Shown: one piece after another, positions 1 through 7,158 of the stretch
Numbering within the stretch: the stretch's first letter is position 1
Layout of the letters: each line of letters starts with the position of its first letter
IMG/VR virus record: IMGVR_UViG_3300020181_000018
Coordinates: 1-40,327 of that record
Direction: 5' to 3' (one strand)
Length of the DNA: 40,327 nucleotides
From: a virus
Taxonomy: Duplodnaviria; Caudoviricetes
Translations under genes and position numbers: made by a program
The notes under the pieces: model-generated
The model's input: only the letters and a program-made list of their open reading frames with translations
Told to the model about the DNA's origin: nothing
The model's database searches: none

Positions 1-510
1 CACGGGAGGCTCTTCGTCGTCACAAGTGACGCCCTCAATTGCCGGGTGGTTGATCGTACGCTCGGGAGTGACGATCTTCGTCTCCGTCCAAGCCTCCTTG
101 ACGAGCTTCTGTTCGGTGACAGCATCCTGCGCAGGAACTTCAGCCTTGATCAGCTCACCCTTACGAGTGTTTCCGGTCGAAGACCAGCCCTTGCTGTTGT
201 CGTTGCCGTCGGCGTTCCAGCCTTCCTTCTCCCAGCGAGGAGAATTCGGGTGGTTCGGGTTCTTGTGAACGAACTCGTACTCCGTGGCGTAGACCGCCGG
301 CTGGAATGCAACTGCCTCCTTGACAACGACAGTGGTGTACTCGGCCGGGTGATTCACCTGCTCAGTGACCGCGGGAATGATCTCCGTCCAGGCATCGACT
401 GCCTCGATCGGAATGCATTCATCGACGGTGGCGTTGGCTGCGGACGATCCGAAGACCAGCCCGCCCATGACAAGGAATGCCGTAACAGCAACCCTCAGAG
501 TCTTCATCAT
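1..510 (-). CDS. Secreted or cell-surface protein, truncated by the window edge
   Basis: Not in the ORF track because there is no stop in the window. SD AAGGAG. Translates MMKTLRVAVTAFLVMGGLVFGSSAANA-TVDEC...VTCDDEEPPV, a Sec signal peptide with an AxA site, and stays open to position 1. Confidence 0.8.
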   Translation of the reverse strand, partial: MMKTLRVAVTAFLVMGGLVFGSSAANATVDECIPIEAVDAWTEIIPAVTEQVNHPAEYTTVVVKEAVAFQPAVYATEYEFVHKNPNHPNSPRWEKEGWNADGNDNSKGWSSTGNTRKGELIKAEVPAQDAVTEQKLVKEAWTETKIVTPERTINHPAIEGVTCDDEEPPV

Positions 511-555
511 CAGTTTTCTCCTTGTTTGGTGAATATAGTGTTCAGTTGTGAGTGA

Positions 556-1125
556 TCAGAGCGCGTTCGTGAAGATCGCGTCGTCGTAGTCAAACGGCAT
601 GGGAGAGATCTGCATCGTGACGTCGGCGGGGTCTGCCACACCAAAGGCCGCGAACCATTCGAGCGTCTGGCCCGGAAGGATCGCGGCAGTCGGGAACATA
701 CCCAGATCGCCGTACTCGGGATTCCCCACATCGGCGATGTAGGTCGCCGGCTTCCCACCCGAGTTTGCCTGCGGAATGACGCCCGGCTCGAGAGGTTCAG
801 CGGTGTTGTTCGTCAGAACGATCTTGAAGACGAGAGGGATCTCACCCTCGCCGACCTGAACGAATTCACTGGATGGAGTGAACTCCCCAACGAGTGCGAC
901 GGAGATGCTCACACCATCCTCGTAGGAGACCACCTCACCGAACGGCTTGATGAGTTCGTTCTCCGCGGGAGCTTCTTCGACAGCTGCCGGAGCCTGCTCA
1001 GAAGTGGCCGGCTTGGCATCGGGGTCGACGGAAGTTGCGGAGGTGCCGCCACAGGCGGTGAGAGATGCGGTCAGCGCGATGCCGGCCAGGAGTGCTGCGA
1101 TGTACTGCTTCTTGATGGTAGCCAT
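556..1125 (-). CDS. Lipoprotein (DUF4352-like Ig fold suspected)
   Basis: Basic N-terminus, hydrophobic stretch and lipobox SLTA-C, then an Ala/Pro/Glu linker and a beta-rich domain. SD GAAAGGA. Confidence 0.8.
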   Translation of the reverse strand: MATIKKQYIAALLAGIALTASLTACGGTSATSVDPDAKPATSEQAPAAVEEAPAENELIKPFGEVVSYEDGVSISVALVGEFTPSSEFVQVGEGEIPLVFKIVLTNNTAEPLEPGVIPQANSGGKPATYIADVGNPEYGDLGMFPTAAILPGQTLEWFAAFGVADPADVTMQISPMPFDYDDAIFTNAL

Positions 1126-1158
1126 CAGAGGGATATCCTTTCAGAGATGTCACACGAA

Positions 1159-1198
1159 GCGGCGGGGTCTGAAACATTTCTGTAACAGACCCCGCCGC
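1159..1198. other. Intergenic stem-loop with a 13-bp perfect stem
   Basis: gcggcggggtctg (1159-1171) pairs with cagaccccgccgc (1186-1198). No strong U-tract on the minus strand. Confidence 0.7.
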
Positions 1199-1237
1199 GG
1201 AATTTTATGAAGTTGTATTACGACTGAGTGGGAGGAA

Positions 1238-1855
1238 TCAACTTGTCGCGGACCCTTCGGAGGTCTCGTCCTTCAGGTCGTCCTCGATATCCTGAAGAAC
1301 ACTCCCCAAGAAGTCGTTGACGAATGTCTCCAGGAATGATACTCCCCGATCGAAGAGATCAGCAGGGACTTCGGGGTTCTCCTCAGTGTGTACGACACCG
1401 CACGTGCAAACTGGCATCATCTCCACTTCGGTGAGGACGGCCCACTTGTAGTCGACGTTGTAGGTGCGGTCGCGCATCGTGCCGTCGGAGTAGATTGCAG
1501 TGAACTTGACGATGCGGCTGTCCGGACGGTTGTGCTTCGTCTTCACATCGGTGACGAGAGCCCAGCGAGCAGTCTCTTCGACTCGTCGACGATCATACTC
1601 GGAAGGGACAAAACCTTCCTTTCGTCTTTCGTTCTCCGGGGAGATATCGTTGGGGTTCGCGCGCTGCGTCACATCTTCGAGGACGACAACCATACCGTTC
1701 GCGAGTTGATCACCGCTGACAAGCAGATGTGTGCCGAGGATGGGTGCGAAAGTGTGGGGGACGTAATCCGAAGGGATCTTGACCTGAGCAACTTTGCGGC
1801 CGGCAAGCTCGAGATGGATGCCGTTGCTGTGGAGATCGACGACGCCAAAATTCAT
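1238..1855 (-). CDS. Hypothetical protein
   Basis: ORF 1238..1900 with the start trimmed to MNFGVV at 1855, behind SD GAAAGGA. Confidence 0.75.
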   Translation of the reverse strand: MNFGVVDLHSNGIHLELAGRKVAQVKIPSDYVPHTFAPILGTHLLVSGDQLANGMVVVLEDVTQRANPNDISPENERRKEGFVPSEYDRRRVEETARWALVTDVKTKHNRPDSRIVKFTAIYSDGTMRDRTYNVDYKWAVLTEVEMMPVCTCGVVHTEENPEVPADLFDRGVSFLETFVNDFLGSVLQDIEDDLKDETSEGSATS

Positions 1856-1898
1856 TTCATGTCCTTTCAAGACAGAGGTACTGCAATGTGGGCCTTGC

Positions 1899-1946
1899 AA
1901 AAACGAGAAACTGAAAGTATCTGCAGGTGAGTGCGGATACTTTCAG
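1899..1946 (-). terminator. Intrinsic terminator
   Basis: ctgaaagtatc (1911-1921) pairs with gatactttcag (1936-1946), followed on the minus strand by TTTCTCGTTTTT, just after the stop at 1954. Confidence 0.75.
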
Positions 1947-1953
1947 TGGGCCG

Positions 1954-2142
1954 TTACGACTGAGTGGCGTCGGTGACGGCTGTGGCTGCTTCCTCGACGA
2001 TGATCACGGCGGGCAGTGGGGCGTTCTTCTTCGTCAGGTACACGCCGGCAGCGACTGCTGCGACGGTGATACCAGTGGCGATGAGGGCCTTGGTGCGAGC
2101 GCCGTTTTCGTTCGTCCGGAGTGCGGTCCAGAGCTTGTTCAC
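1954..2142 (-). CDS. Small membrane protein, 62 aa (cassette gene)
   Basis: GTG start after GAAAGGAACCATC. One Ala/Val-rich TM segment (LIATGITVAAVAAGVYL) followed by KK. Confidence 0.75.
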   Translation of the reverse strand: MNKLWTALRTNENGARTKALIATGITVAAVAAGVYLTKKNAPLPAVIIVEEAATAVTDATQS

Positions 2143-2171
2143 GATGGTTCCTTTCAAGAGGTTATACGGTG

Positions 2172-2198
2172 TCATTATAGGCCTTGCAATTCTTGCGA
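2172..2198 (-). promoter_or_regulatory. Repeated promoter-like motif, copy 1
   Basis: Minus strand TCGCAAGAATTGCAAGGCCTATAATGA, with a TATAAT -10 box upstream of an RBS and ORF. Confidence 0.8.
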
Positions 2199-2201
2199 GG
2201 C

Positions 2202-2351
2202 TTACGTGACTGTTTCCGACCGCATTGCACGCTTTATTCGTCCGTCGATGTCGAATGTTTTAAACAGGATAAGAGACAGAACAAGTCCAACTTTAATCGC
2301 GTTCGGAGCATTCACTTTCTTAAGAACGAGAAGCGCTAATTCAGTATTCAC
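2202..2351 (-). CDS. Small hypothetical protein, 49 aa
   Basis: Hand-translated VNTELALLVLKKVNAPNAIKVGLVLSLILFK...ETVT*. GTGA overlap with the upstream stop, and it fills the gap exactly. Confidence 0.55.
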   Translation of the reverse strand: MNTELALLVLKKVNAPNAIKVGLVLSLILFKTFDIDGRIKRAMRSETVT

Positions 2352-2596
2352 GGCCAGTGAACGAGTTTACCGTTGACGTCATGATAATGGTTCTCGAGAT
2401 GGAATTCCCTACGGTCACACTTGGCGCCTGTGTCGGGATTGTCGAACTCGCAGATACCGTCCCAGTTGTCTCGAGCTTTAATTCGCTCCTGACGATCGAG
2501 ATCCTGAGTCTTGCGCCGCTGATGCAGCACGAGAACCAGAACTATGAGCGCAGCAATCAGAAGAATGATCAGCGGAACTACTTTTGGCCACATCAT
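2348..2596 (-). CDS. Membrane-anchored small protein with a Cys/His cluster
   Basis: N-terminal TM helix, then C-x10-C-x4-H-x3-H-x-H, a possible metal site. Confidence 0.75.
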   Translation of the reverse strand: MMWPKVVPLIILLIAALIVLVLVLHQRRKTQDLDRQERIKARDNWDGICEFDNPDTGAKCDRREFHLENHYHDVNGKLVHWP

Positions 2597-2751
2597 CGTA
2601 CAGGCTCCGATTCTACTTCCATGTCGGGGTGAGGGAACTCGCCGTGCTCCTGCTTGTACTTCCGACGAGCTTCGCTGAGGCTGGCTGCTTCGATCACGTG
2701 AGTGTTCTCCGTGTCGATGAATCGAAAGATGTTGTGTGTGCTCTTACTCAT
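2593..2751 (-). CDS. Hypothetical protein, 52 aa
   Basis: Hand-translated MSKSTHNIFRFIDTENTHVIEAASLSEARRKYKQEHGEFPHPDMEVESEPVR*. ATGA overlap with the next gene. Confidence 0.65.
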   Translation of the reverse strand: MSKSTHNIFRFIDTENTHVIEAASLSEARRKYKQEHGEFPHPDMEVESEPVR

Positions 2752-2783
2752 CAGCTTTCTACTCCCATTTTGAATGTTTTGTG

Positions 2784-2887
2784 TGCATACCCGGAGACTT
2801 GAACTCCGGATCTCAGAGGTTGTGTGTCGTAGGATTCAGGAATGGTTACCCGTCCTTGCCAACATGAGACGTCGCCGCCCCGTATGC
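2784..2887 (-). ncRNA. tRNA-like structured RNA (non-canonical)
   Basis: GCATAC/GTATGC acceptor-like stem, CCGGAG-TTCAAGT-CTCCGG T-arm, D-loop-like GCGGCGAC, and a GTCTCA/TGAGAT stem enclosing an insert of about 50 nt. Lies in an intergenic region. Confidence 0.6.
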
Positions 2888-2998
2888 GCCCCGAAGGGTT
2901 TGTCTATTTGAACCTTCAGAAACTCCGCTCAGGCCGATTCGAGGCTTACTCGAGTTCGCCGATACGACGGTCCATTATTTTGCGGAGGGTGTTGAGTG

Positions 2999-3205
2999 CT
3001 ACGACTTCAGCGAGTCCGCGAGCTCCTTACCGCCCGTCAGAAGCGCCTTGCCGGCGACAACAGCAGCCTGAACGGCGAAGACCGTCACGGTTGCTGCGAT
3101 GCCGACGCCGATCGACTTGATACCGGCGTCCTTGAGCTCCGGAAGTCCGAGGCTCTTGAGCGGGTTGTTGCTGGTGGTGTTGCTGGTTCCGGTGGACGTT
3201 GCCAT
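2999..3205 (-). CDS. Small membrane protein, 68 aa
   Basis: SD AAGGAG. Hydrophobic segment IGVGIAATVTVFAVQAAVVAG. Confidence 0.75.
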   Translation of the reverse strand: MATSTGTSNTTSNNPLKSLGLPELKDAGIKSIGVGIAATVTVFAVQAAVVAGKALLTGGKELADSLKS

Positions 3206-3247
3206 CAGTTTCTTCTCCTTGTTTGGTTACTGCGGTGGGTGGGGGTA

Positions 3248-4237
3248 TTACGGTACTGGCGTCGGGATCTGACCGAGAGACGTGAAGTCGTTCGGTACGA
3301 TGATGGTCTGAGACTTGCTCAAAGCATCGATCCAACGCTGCTGAAGGACCTGAGGAGTCAACGATGCGGACAGGAGACGGTTCGCCTCTGCCTCACCATT
3401 GGCACGAGCGATCTCCGCCTGTGCTTCACCGTCGGCCTTCGTCTTTGCGGTCTTCGCGTCTGTCTCAGCCTTCAGAAGGTCGGTCTGGGCGTTCTGAGCG
3501 TCCTTGAAGCGCTGTTCGACGTCGTCAGGATAACGGACGCCATGAATGTTCACATTCTCAACGAGAACACCTCGCTCGGCCCAGGATTCCCGAATGGTCT
3601 CTTCCACTTCCTGCCCGAAGCGCACACGCTCTTCGAACATCTGAACCGTGGTGAACGTGGAAGCTGTGTCGCGCGGAATTGACTTGACATCGTTCTCGAC
3701 GACCTTGATTTCGAAGTCGTTCTGATCGCTGAAGCCCTTCGTAAGATCCACAACCTTATCGGCCTTGATGGAGAACAAGACCTGAATATCCACGTCTGCA
3801 GAGATGCCGTCCTTGTCGCGAATCGTGATCTCAGCACCGGCGACCTGCTGACCATTGTGCGTGGTCTTTCCGTCTCCGGTAAACGTCACGTCCTGATTCT
3901 TGATGTCCCAAGCGATGTCGTTCTGCCAAGGAGCCTTGGTGTGGATACCGGCCTTAGTGACGGCTTCTTCCTGTACGACACCAGACCAGTCCTTGAGCAC
4001 GACGGACGATCCCGTATCGACCGAGAAAGTTGATGCAAAGATCGTGAAGATGACTCCCAAAGCAGCGAAAGCACCGGAGGCCAGAAGGAACCATCTCCGA
4101 CTTCCCCTGATCTTGATTTCTGTCGAATCGCCGAATCGGTCTCGTCGCGTTTCGGTGCGGCTCTTCGTACCCATGGTGTACATCAGTGCGAGACCGATGA
4201 TCGCCAGGATAAAGAAGATGATTGCGAATATGAACAT
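3248..4237 (-). CDS. SPFH / Band 7 / prohibitin-family membrane protein
   Basis: Two N-terminal TM helices, a GIHTKAPW motif, DGISADVDIQV, an Ala/Glu coiled coil (AEANRLLSASLTPQVLQQRWID). Confidence 0.9.
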   Translation of the reverse strand: MFIFAIIFFILAIIGLALMYTMGTKSRTETRRDRFGDSTEIKIRGSRRWFLLASGAFAALGVIFTIFASTFSVDTGSSVVLKDWSGVVQEEAVTKAGIHTKAPWQNDIAWDIKNQDVTFTGDGKTTHNGQQVAGAEITIRDKDGISADVDIQVLFSIKADKVVDLTKGFSDQNDFEIKVVENDVKSIPRDTASTFTTVQMFEERVRFGQEVEETIRESWAERGVLVENVNIHGVRYPDDVEQRFKDAQNAQTDLLKAETDAKTAKTKADGEAQAEIARANGEAEANRLLSASLTPQVLQQRWIDALSKSQTIIVPNDFTSLGQIPTPVP

Positions 4238-4261
4238 CGATTTTTCTCCTATTAGTGGATG

Positions 4262-4546
4262 CTACTTCTGATACCACGGAATATCGCGGTCCTCGCGTCC
4301 TTCCACGCAAGTAAACGGTGCACCATGGTAAGGGCCATACGGGGTTGAAATGACCTTGTTTAGGTCAGATTCGGATACGAGCTCATTGCAAGAAACACAT
4401 ACGACGGGTTTGCGCGTATTCCTCTCAAGGATCGCGTCCACTCGAGCGTGCTTCTCCTCCGGGGTTTCACCCCAATGAAGATTATCCGTCTTCTTCGGTG
4501 CGACGACGGATTCGCCACCGTTGGACAAGTTCGAGTCGATACTCAT
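4262..4546 (-). CDS. Hypothetical protein with a CxxC...H...C motif (start uncertain)
   Basis: The C-terminal part CVSC...YH...TC fills the gap before the SPFH gene. The true start may be further downstream. Confidence 0.55.
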   Translation of the reverse strand: MSIDSNLSNGGESVVAPKKTDNLHWGETPEEKHARVDAILERNTRKPVVCVSCNELVSESDLNKVISTPYGPYHGAPFTCVEGREDRDIPWYQK

Positions 4547-4814
4547 TAAGATTCCGATCTTCTGGAGTAGGCGGAAGAGAACGAACTTCCATTGGCGCGA
4601 ATTCGACGATGAAGTCTTCGTTGAAGGTGGCGACGACTCCGGGATCCTCGATGAGCTTCCGGAGAATATCGGCACGAACGTTATCGTTCTCCTCCATCAT
4701 TTGATCGAGAAGACGCTGTTTCGCGGACTTCGTTTCCTCCGATTCCAGATTTGGTTTCGGAAGAAGTTGGATTAGAGGAGCAGACGACTTGGGAAAATGA
4801 CCGCTGTAATCCAT
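4482..4814 (-). CDS. Hypothetical protein
   Basis: Start trimmed to MDYSGH at 4814, adjacent to the upstream stop at 4816, with a GGGAG SD. Confidence 0.7.
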   Translation of the reverse strand: MDYSGHFPKSSAPLIQLLPKPNLESEETKSAKQRLLDQMMEENDNVRADILRKLIEDPGVVATFNEDFIVEFAPMEVRSLPPTPEDRNLNEYRLELVQRWRIRRRTEEDG

Positions 4815-4815
4815 A

Positions 4816-5172
4816 TCAGTCTCCCAGTACGTCGAAGATGATGACGCCGTCATGCTCAATCTTGAGGGAAAGCTCTTTCGAATTCTCGTTTCGAGAGATT
4901 TCGATATGGATGTATCCGGTGCGATCCTTCGTCCAGCCGGCGATCTGTCCGACCATACGGGGTTTGATACCGAGATACTTGAGAAGATCGTTCAGGAAAA
5001 CGAAACCCTGAGCGTTGAGCAGATCATTGAAGTAGTTCTGCGCGGAGTTGATGAAGAAAACGTTGTACTCGTCCTTCGGGTAGAAGTTCGGGTTGTTCTC
5101 GTCGAAGATGTATTCTGTAACCGCGAGACGGCGCTCGAGTGCTTCGCGGTTGATGTTCATGACTCGTTCCAT
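4816..5172 (-). CDS. DUF6353-like C-terminal-domain protein, paralogue of 5259..6041
   Basis: Start MERVMN at 5172 behind GAAAGGA. GFVFLNDLLKYLG...GQIAGW matches GYVSLNTFLEYLG...GEVVGW in the neighbouring gene. Confidence 0.7.
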   Translation of the reverse strand: MERVMNINREALERRLAVTEYIFDENNPNFYPKDEYNVFFINSAQNYFNDLLNAQGFVFLNDLLKYLGIKPRMVGQIAGWTKDRTGYIHIEISRNENSKELSLKIEHDGVIIFDVLGD

Positions 5173-5196
5173 TTCGTGTCCTTTCAGGACAGATGA

Positions 5197-5237
5197 GGGG
5201 ACCCCCACATGTATTCGGGTTACATGCAGGGGTCCCA
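5197..5237. other. Intergenic stem-loop
   Basis: gggacccc/ggggtccc outer stem plus catgta/tacatg inner stem, between the two DUF6353-like genes. Confidence 0.65.
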
Positions 5238-5258
5238 GTCGTAATCGTCCGAGTCTCT

Positions 5259-6041
5259 TCAGAACGGACTGAGATAGTTCACAGATGGGGGTGTGATGTA
5301 ATCGATCGTGAGCACGGGCTTCTCGTCTCGAGCTGCGCCACCGATGCGAACTTCGAGAGGACGCTCGCGGGTCCAACCAACAACCTCTCCGGCCGGCGAA
5401 GTGGGCAGACCCAGGTACTCGAGGAACGTATTCAGCGACACGTATCCATCGTAAATGGCCTCACGGTTGGTGTCGTTTTCCGCGCGATGAATCTTCTCAG
5501 CATTGCTGACGAACACCTGCTTGGTGTGAGATTCGATCACCCAAACATCACCATCGTTGGGAAGACCGAGTCGATCGAACTCGGCCGACTTCTCATTGAC
5601 CTGATCCTGAATGAGTTCGTCGCGAACCTTCTGCTCCTTGGGGCGAGAGGTCGTTTCAACGATTTTCTGCTGATACTCGGAGAGAGCACGCTCAGAAATA
5701 GCTGCTGCGGAGATGAGCGCAAGCTGACGGTTGTTGCTGACACGGTTACTGCCGACGATAGCAACGGCGGTTGCGACTCCGACGATCGCCACGGGAATAT
5801 AGAACTTCCACGTGTCCTTGATGATCTCCTTCGGCGCCAGAGGCAGAACCTCTTCGTCGTCACTCGCGTTATCGAGACGCGCGGAAAATTCCGAGACAAC
5901 GTGAACGCCGGCCTTGTACCCAGCCTTCGATCCGAAATATGCGGTCGCGACGAGGCCCGCCACACTGAGCGTCGTGAGGATCTCCGGAGCATAACGCTTA
6001 GCGCCTACTGCGAGCTTGCTCATCTGATCCTGTACTGTCAT
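5259..6041 (-). CDS. DUF6353-like phage protein with an N-terminal TM helix
   Basis: KRYAPEILTTLSVAGLVATA start, a second hydrophobic stretch WKFYIPVAIVG, and C-terminal SLN...LGL...GW. Family assignment is from recalled motifs. Confidence 0.7.
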   Translation of the reverse strand: MTVQDQMSKLAVGAKRYAPEILTTLSVAGLVATAYFGSKAGYKAGVHVVSEFSARLDNASDDEEVLPLAPKEIIKDTWKFYIPVAIVGVATAVAIVGSNRVSNNRQLALISAAAISERALSEYQQKIVETTSRPKEQKVRDELIQDQVNEKSAEFDRLGLPNDGDVWVIESHTKQVFVSNAEKIHRAENDTNREAIYDGYVSLNTFLEYLGLPTSPAGEVVGWTRERPLEVRIGGAARDEKPVLTIDYITPPSVNYLSPF

Positions 6042-6316
6042 TACTTCTCTTCTTTCTGGTCATACACAGTGGTCTGGGGAGTCTTACGAACTCGAGTCGG
6101 GGGTCCGGTGAATTCGGCGGGGCGATAACGAATGATCGGATACCTGATGTCTCGCTGATGGTCTCGGATCACGACGATGATGTACGCGATCCAAACGACG
6201 ATAGCGAGGGCAACAATGAGCCACAGGGAAAGCGAGTCAGCTGCAGCCACGATCACGATGAGCGAGGCGAGTCCGAACGCGGTGAGGATGGTGAGCAGAA
6301 TATCCCGAATGCTCAT
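6041..6316 (-). CDS. Small two-TM membrane protein
   Basis: Two hydrophobic helices, SD GAAAGGAG, TAATG overlap with the next gene. Confidence 0.8.
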   Translation of the reverse strand: MSIRDILLTILTAFGLASLIVIVAAADSLSLWLIVALAIVVWIAYIIVVIRDHQRDIRYPIIRYRPAEFTGPPTRVRKTPQTTVYDQKEEK

Positions 6317-6317
6317 A

Positions 6318-6659
6318 TCATTCTCCTTTCAAGAGAGGGTATCGTGTCATCCACCGGGGACGACGTTCGTCAGCTATGAGATCGAATCCGAATCGCTCAT
6401 AGAAAGATACGAGTTGGTTGTTATCCAACGAGTTTCGCCAGTCGCCAAAGCGCTGAACTTCGAGCCAGATGGTAACACCGAGCTTATCCGCGTGACGCGT
6501 GGCTTCTAGCATTACTTCTTTGGCTTCTCCCTTACCTCGGCTCTCAGAATATAGGCCGATAAGTCGCGCAGTCGCATCGTCTTCGTACACGAGCGTTACT
6601 TGTGCATCGCCATAGTGAAAGGTAGTACGGGTAAGTCTACCGTGTTTGTCTCTAGTCAT
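6318..6659 (-). CDS. GNAT-family acetyltransferase
   Basis: Acetyl-CoA motif A (RGKGEAK) and C-terminal FYERFGF. Start MTRDK at 6659 behind GAGGAGG. Confidence 0.8.
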   Translation of the reverse strand: MTRDKHGRLTRTTFHYGDAQVTLVYEDDATARLIGLYSESRGKGEAKEVMLEATRHADKLGVTIWLEVQRFGDWRNSLDNNQLVSFYERFGFDLIADERRPRWMTRYPLLKGE

Positions 6660-6675
6660 CGACCCTCCTCTCAAG

Positions 6676-6740
6676 TCAAAAATAAGAAAGTGAAAGGCGC
6701 GTTCGCGCAGAACGCGATGTAATCCTTTCGGTTTACCCTT
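6676..6740 (-). ncRNA. Candidate sRNA of about 65 nt, or an empty expression cassette ending in a terminator
   Basis: Promoter copy 2 is followed by a GTAAACC-GAAA-GGATTAC hairpin, a CGCGTTC/GAACGCG hairpin and a U-rich tail. There is no start codon. Confidence 0.5.
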
Positions 6741-6767
6741 TCATTATAGGGCTTGCAATTCTTGCGA
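6741..6767 (-). promoter_or_regulatory. Repeated promoter-like motif, copy 2
   Basis: TCGCAAGAATTGCAAGCCCTATAATGA. Confidence 0.8.
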
Positions 6768-6769
6768 GG

Positions 6770-7102
6770 CTACGCGGCGATTTGAGGGTCTGTTTCTTCC
6801 TCAGGTTCTTCCAAGCCATTTCTTTCGAGATAGAGCGCGTATCGCTCTCGTGGGGTCAATCCACCGAACATTCCGTATCGGTCACTGGAGTGAGCAGTAA
6901 CTTCTTCAGTCATCGCTTTCTCGAGGCAATTTGAACGAACGAGGCAAGCACCGCAAACTTCTCGAGGAGGTATGTAACTACCGCCTTTATTGGGGAAGAA
7001 GATCTCGGGGTCTGTTTGAGCACAAAGTGCACTGTCCTGCCAGCGATGTTTCTGTGGGTTTTCAAACTCCACCTGATCGCTGTAAATTATAGCGTTTGGC
7101 AA
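6770..7102 (-). CDS. whiB: WhiB-family Fe-S transcription regulator
   Basis: WQDSALCAQTDPEIFFP...CGAC...C...YGMFGG...ER contains four Cys and a G[IV]WGG-like turn. Confidence 0.95.
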   Translation of the reverse strand: MPNAIIYSDQVEFENPQKHRWQDSALCAQTDPEIFFPNKGGSYIPPREVCGACLVRSNCLEKAMTEEVTAHSSDRYGMFGGLTPRERYALYLERNGLEEPEEETDPQIAA

Positions 7103-7114
7103 TGTACGTCTTTC

Positions 7115-7157
7115 GAGAAAAAGAAGAAGGCTCGCGGTTAGGCGAGCGTCCTTCTCT
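7115..7157 (-). terminator. Intrinsic terminator
   Basis: Minus strand AGAAGGACGCTCGCCTAACCGCGAGCCTTCTTCTTTTT, directly after the stop at 7159. Confidence 0.8.
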
Positions 7158-7158
7158 A

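Noticed and set aside
2784-2887. Canonical tRNA or tmRNA call
   Set aside because: No D-stem or 7-nt anticodon loop, no G3-U70 pair, and too short for tmRNA. Retained only as a tRNA-like candidate.
46-6128. Plus-strand ORFs such as 46..555, 2996..3682 and 5193..6128
   Set aside because: They overlap well-supported minus-strand genes that have SDs and motifs. I found no credible plus-strand gene in the window.
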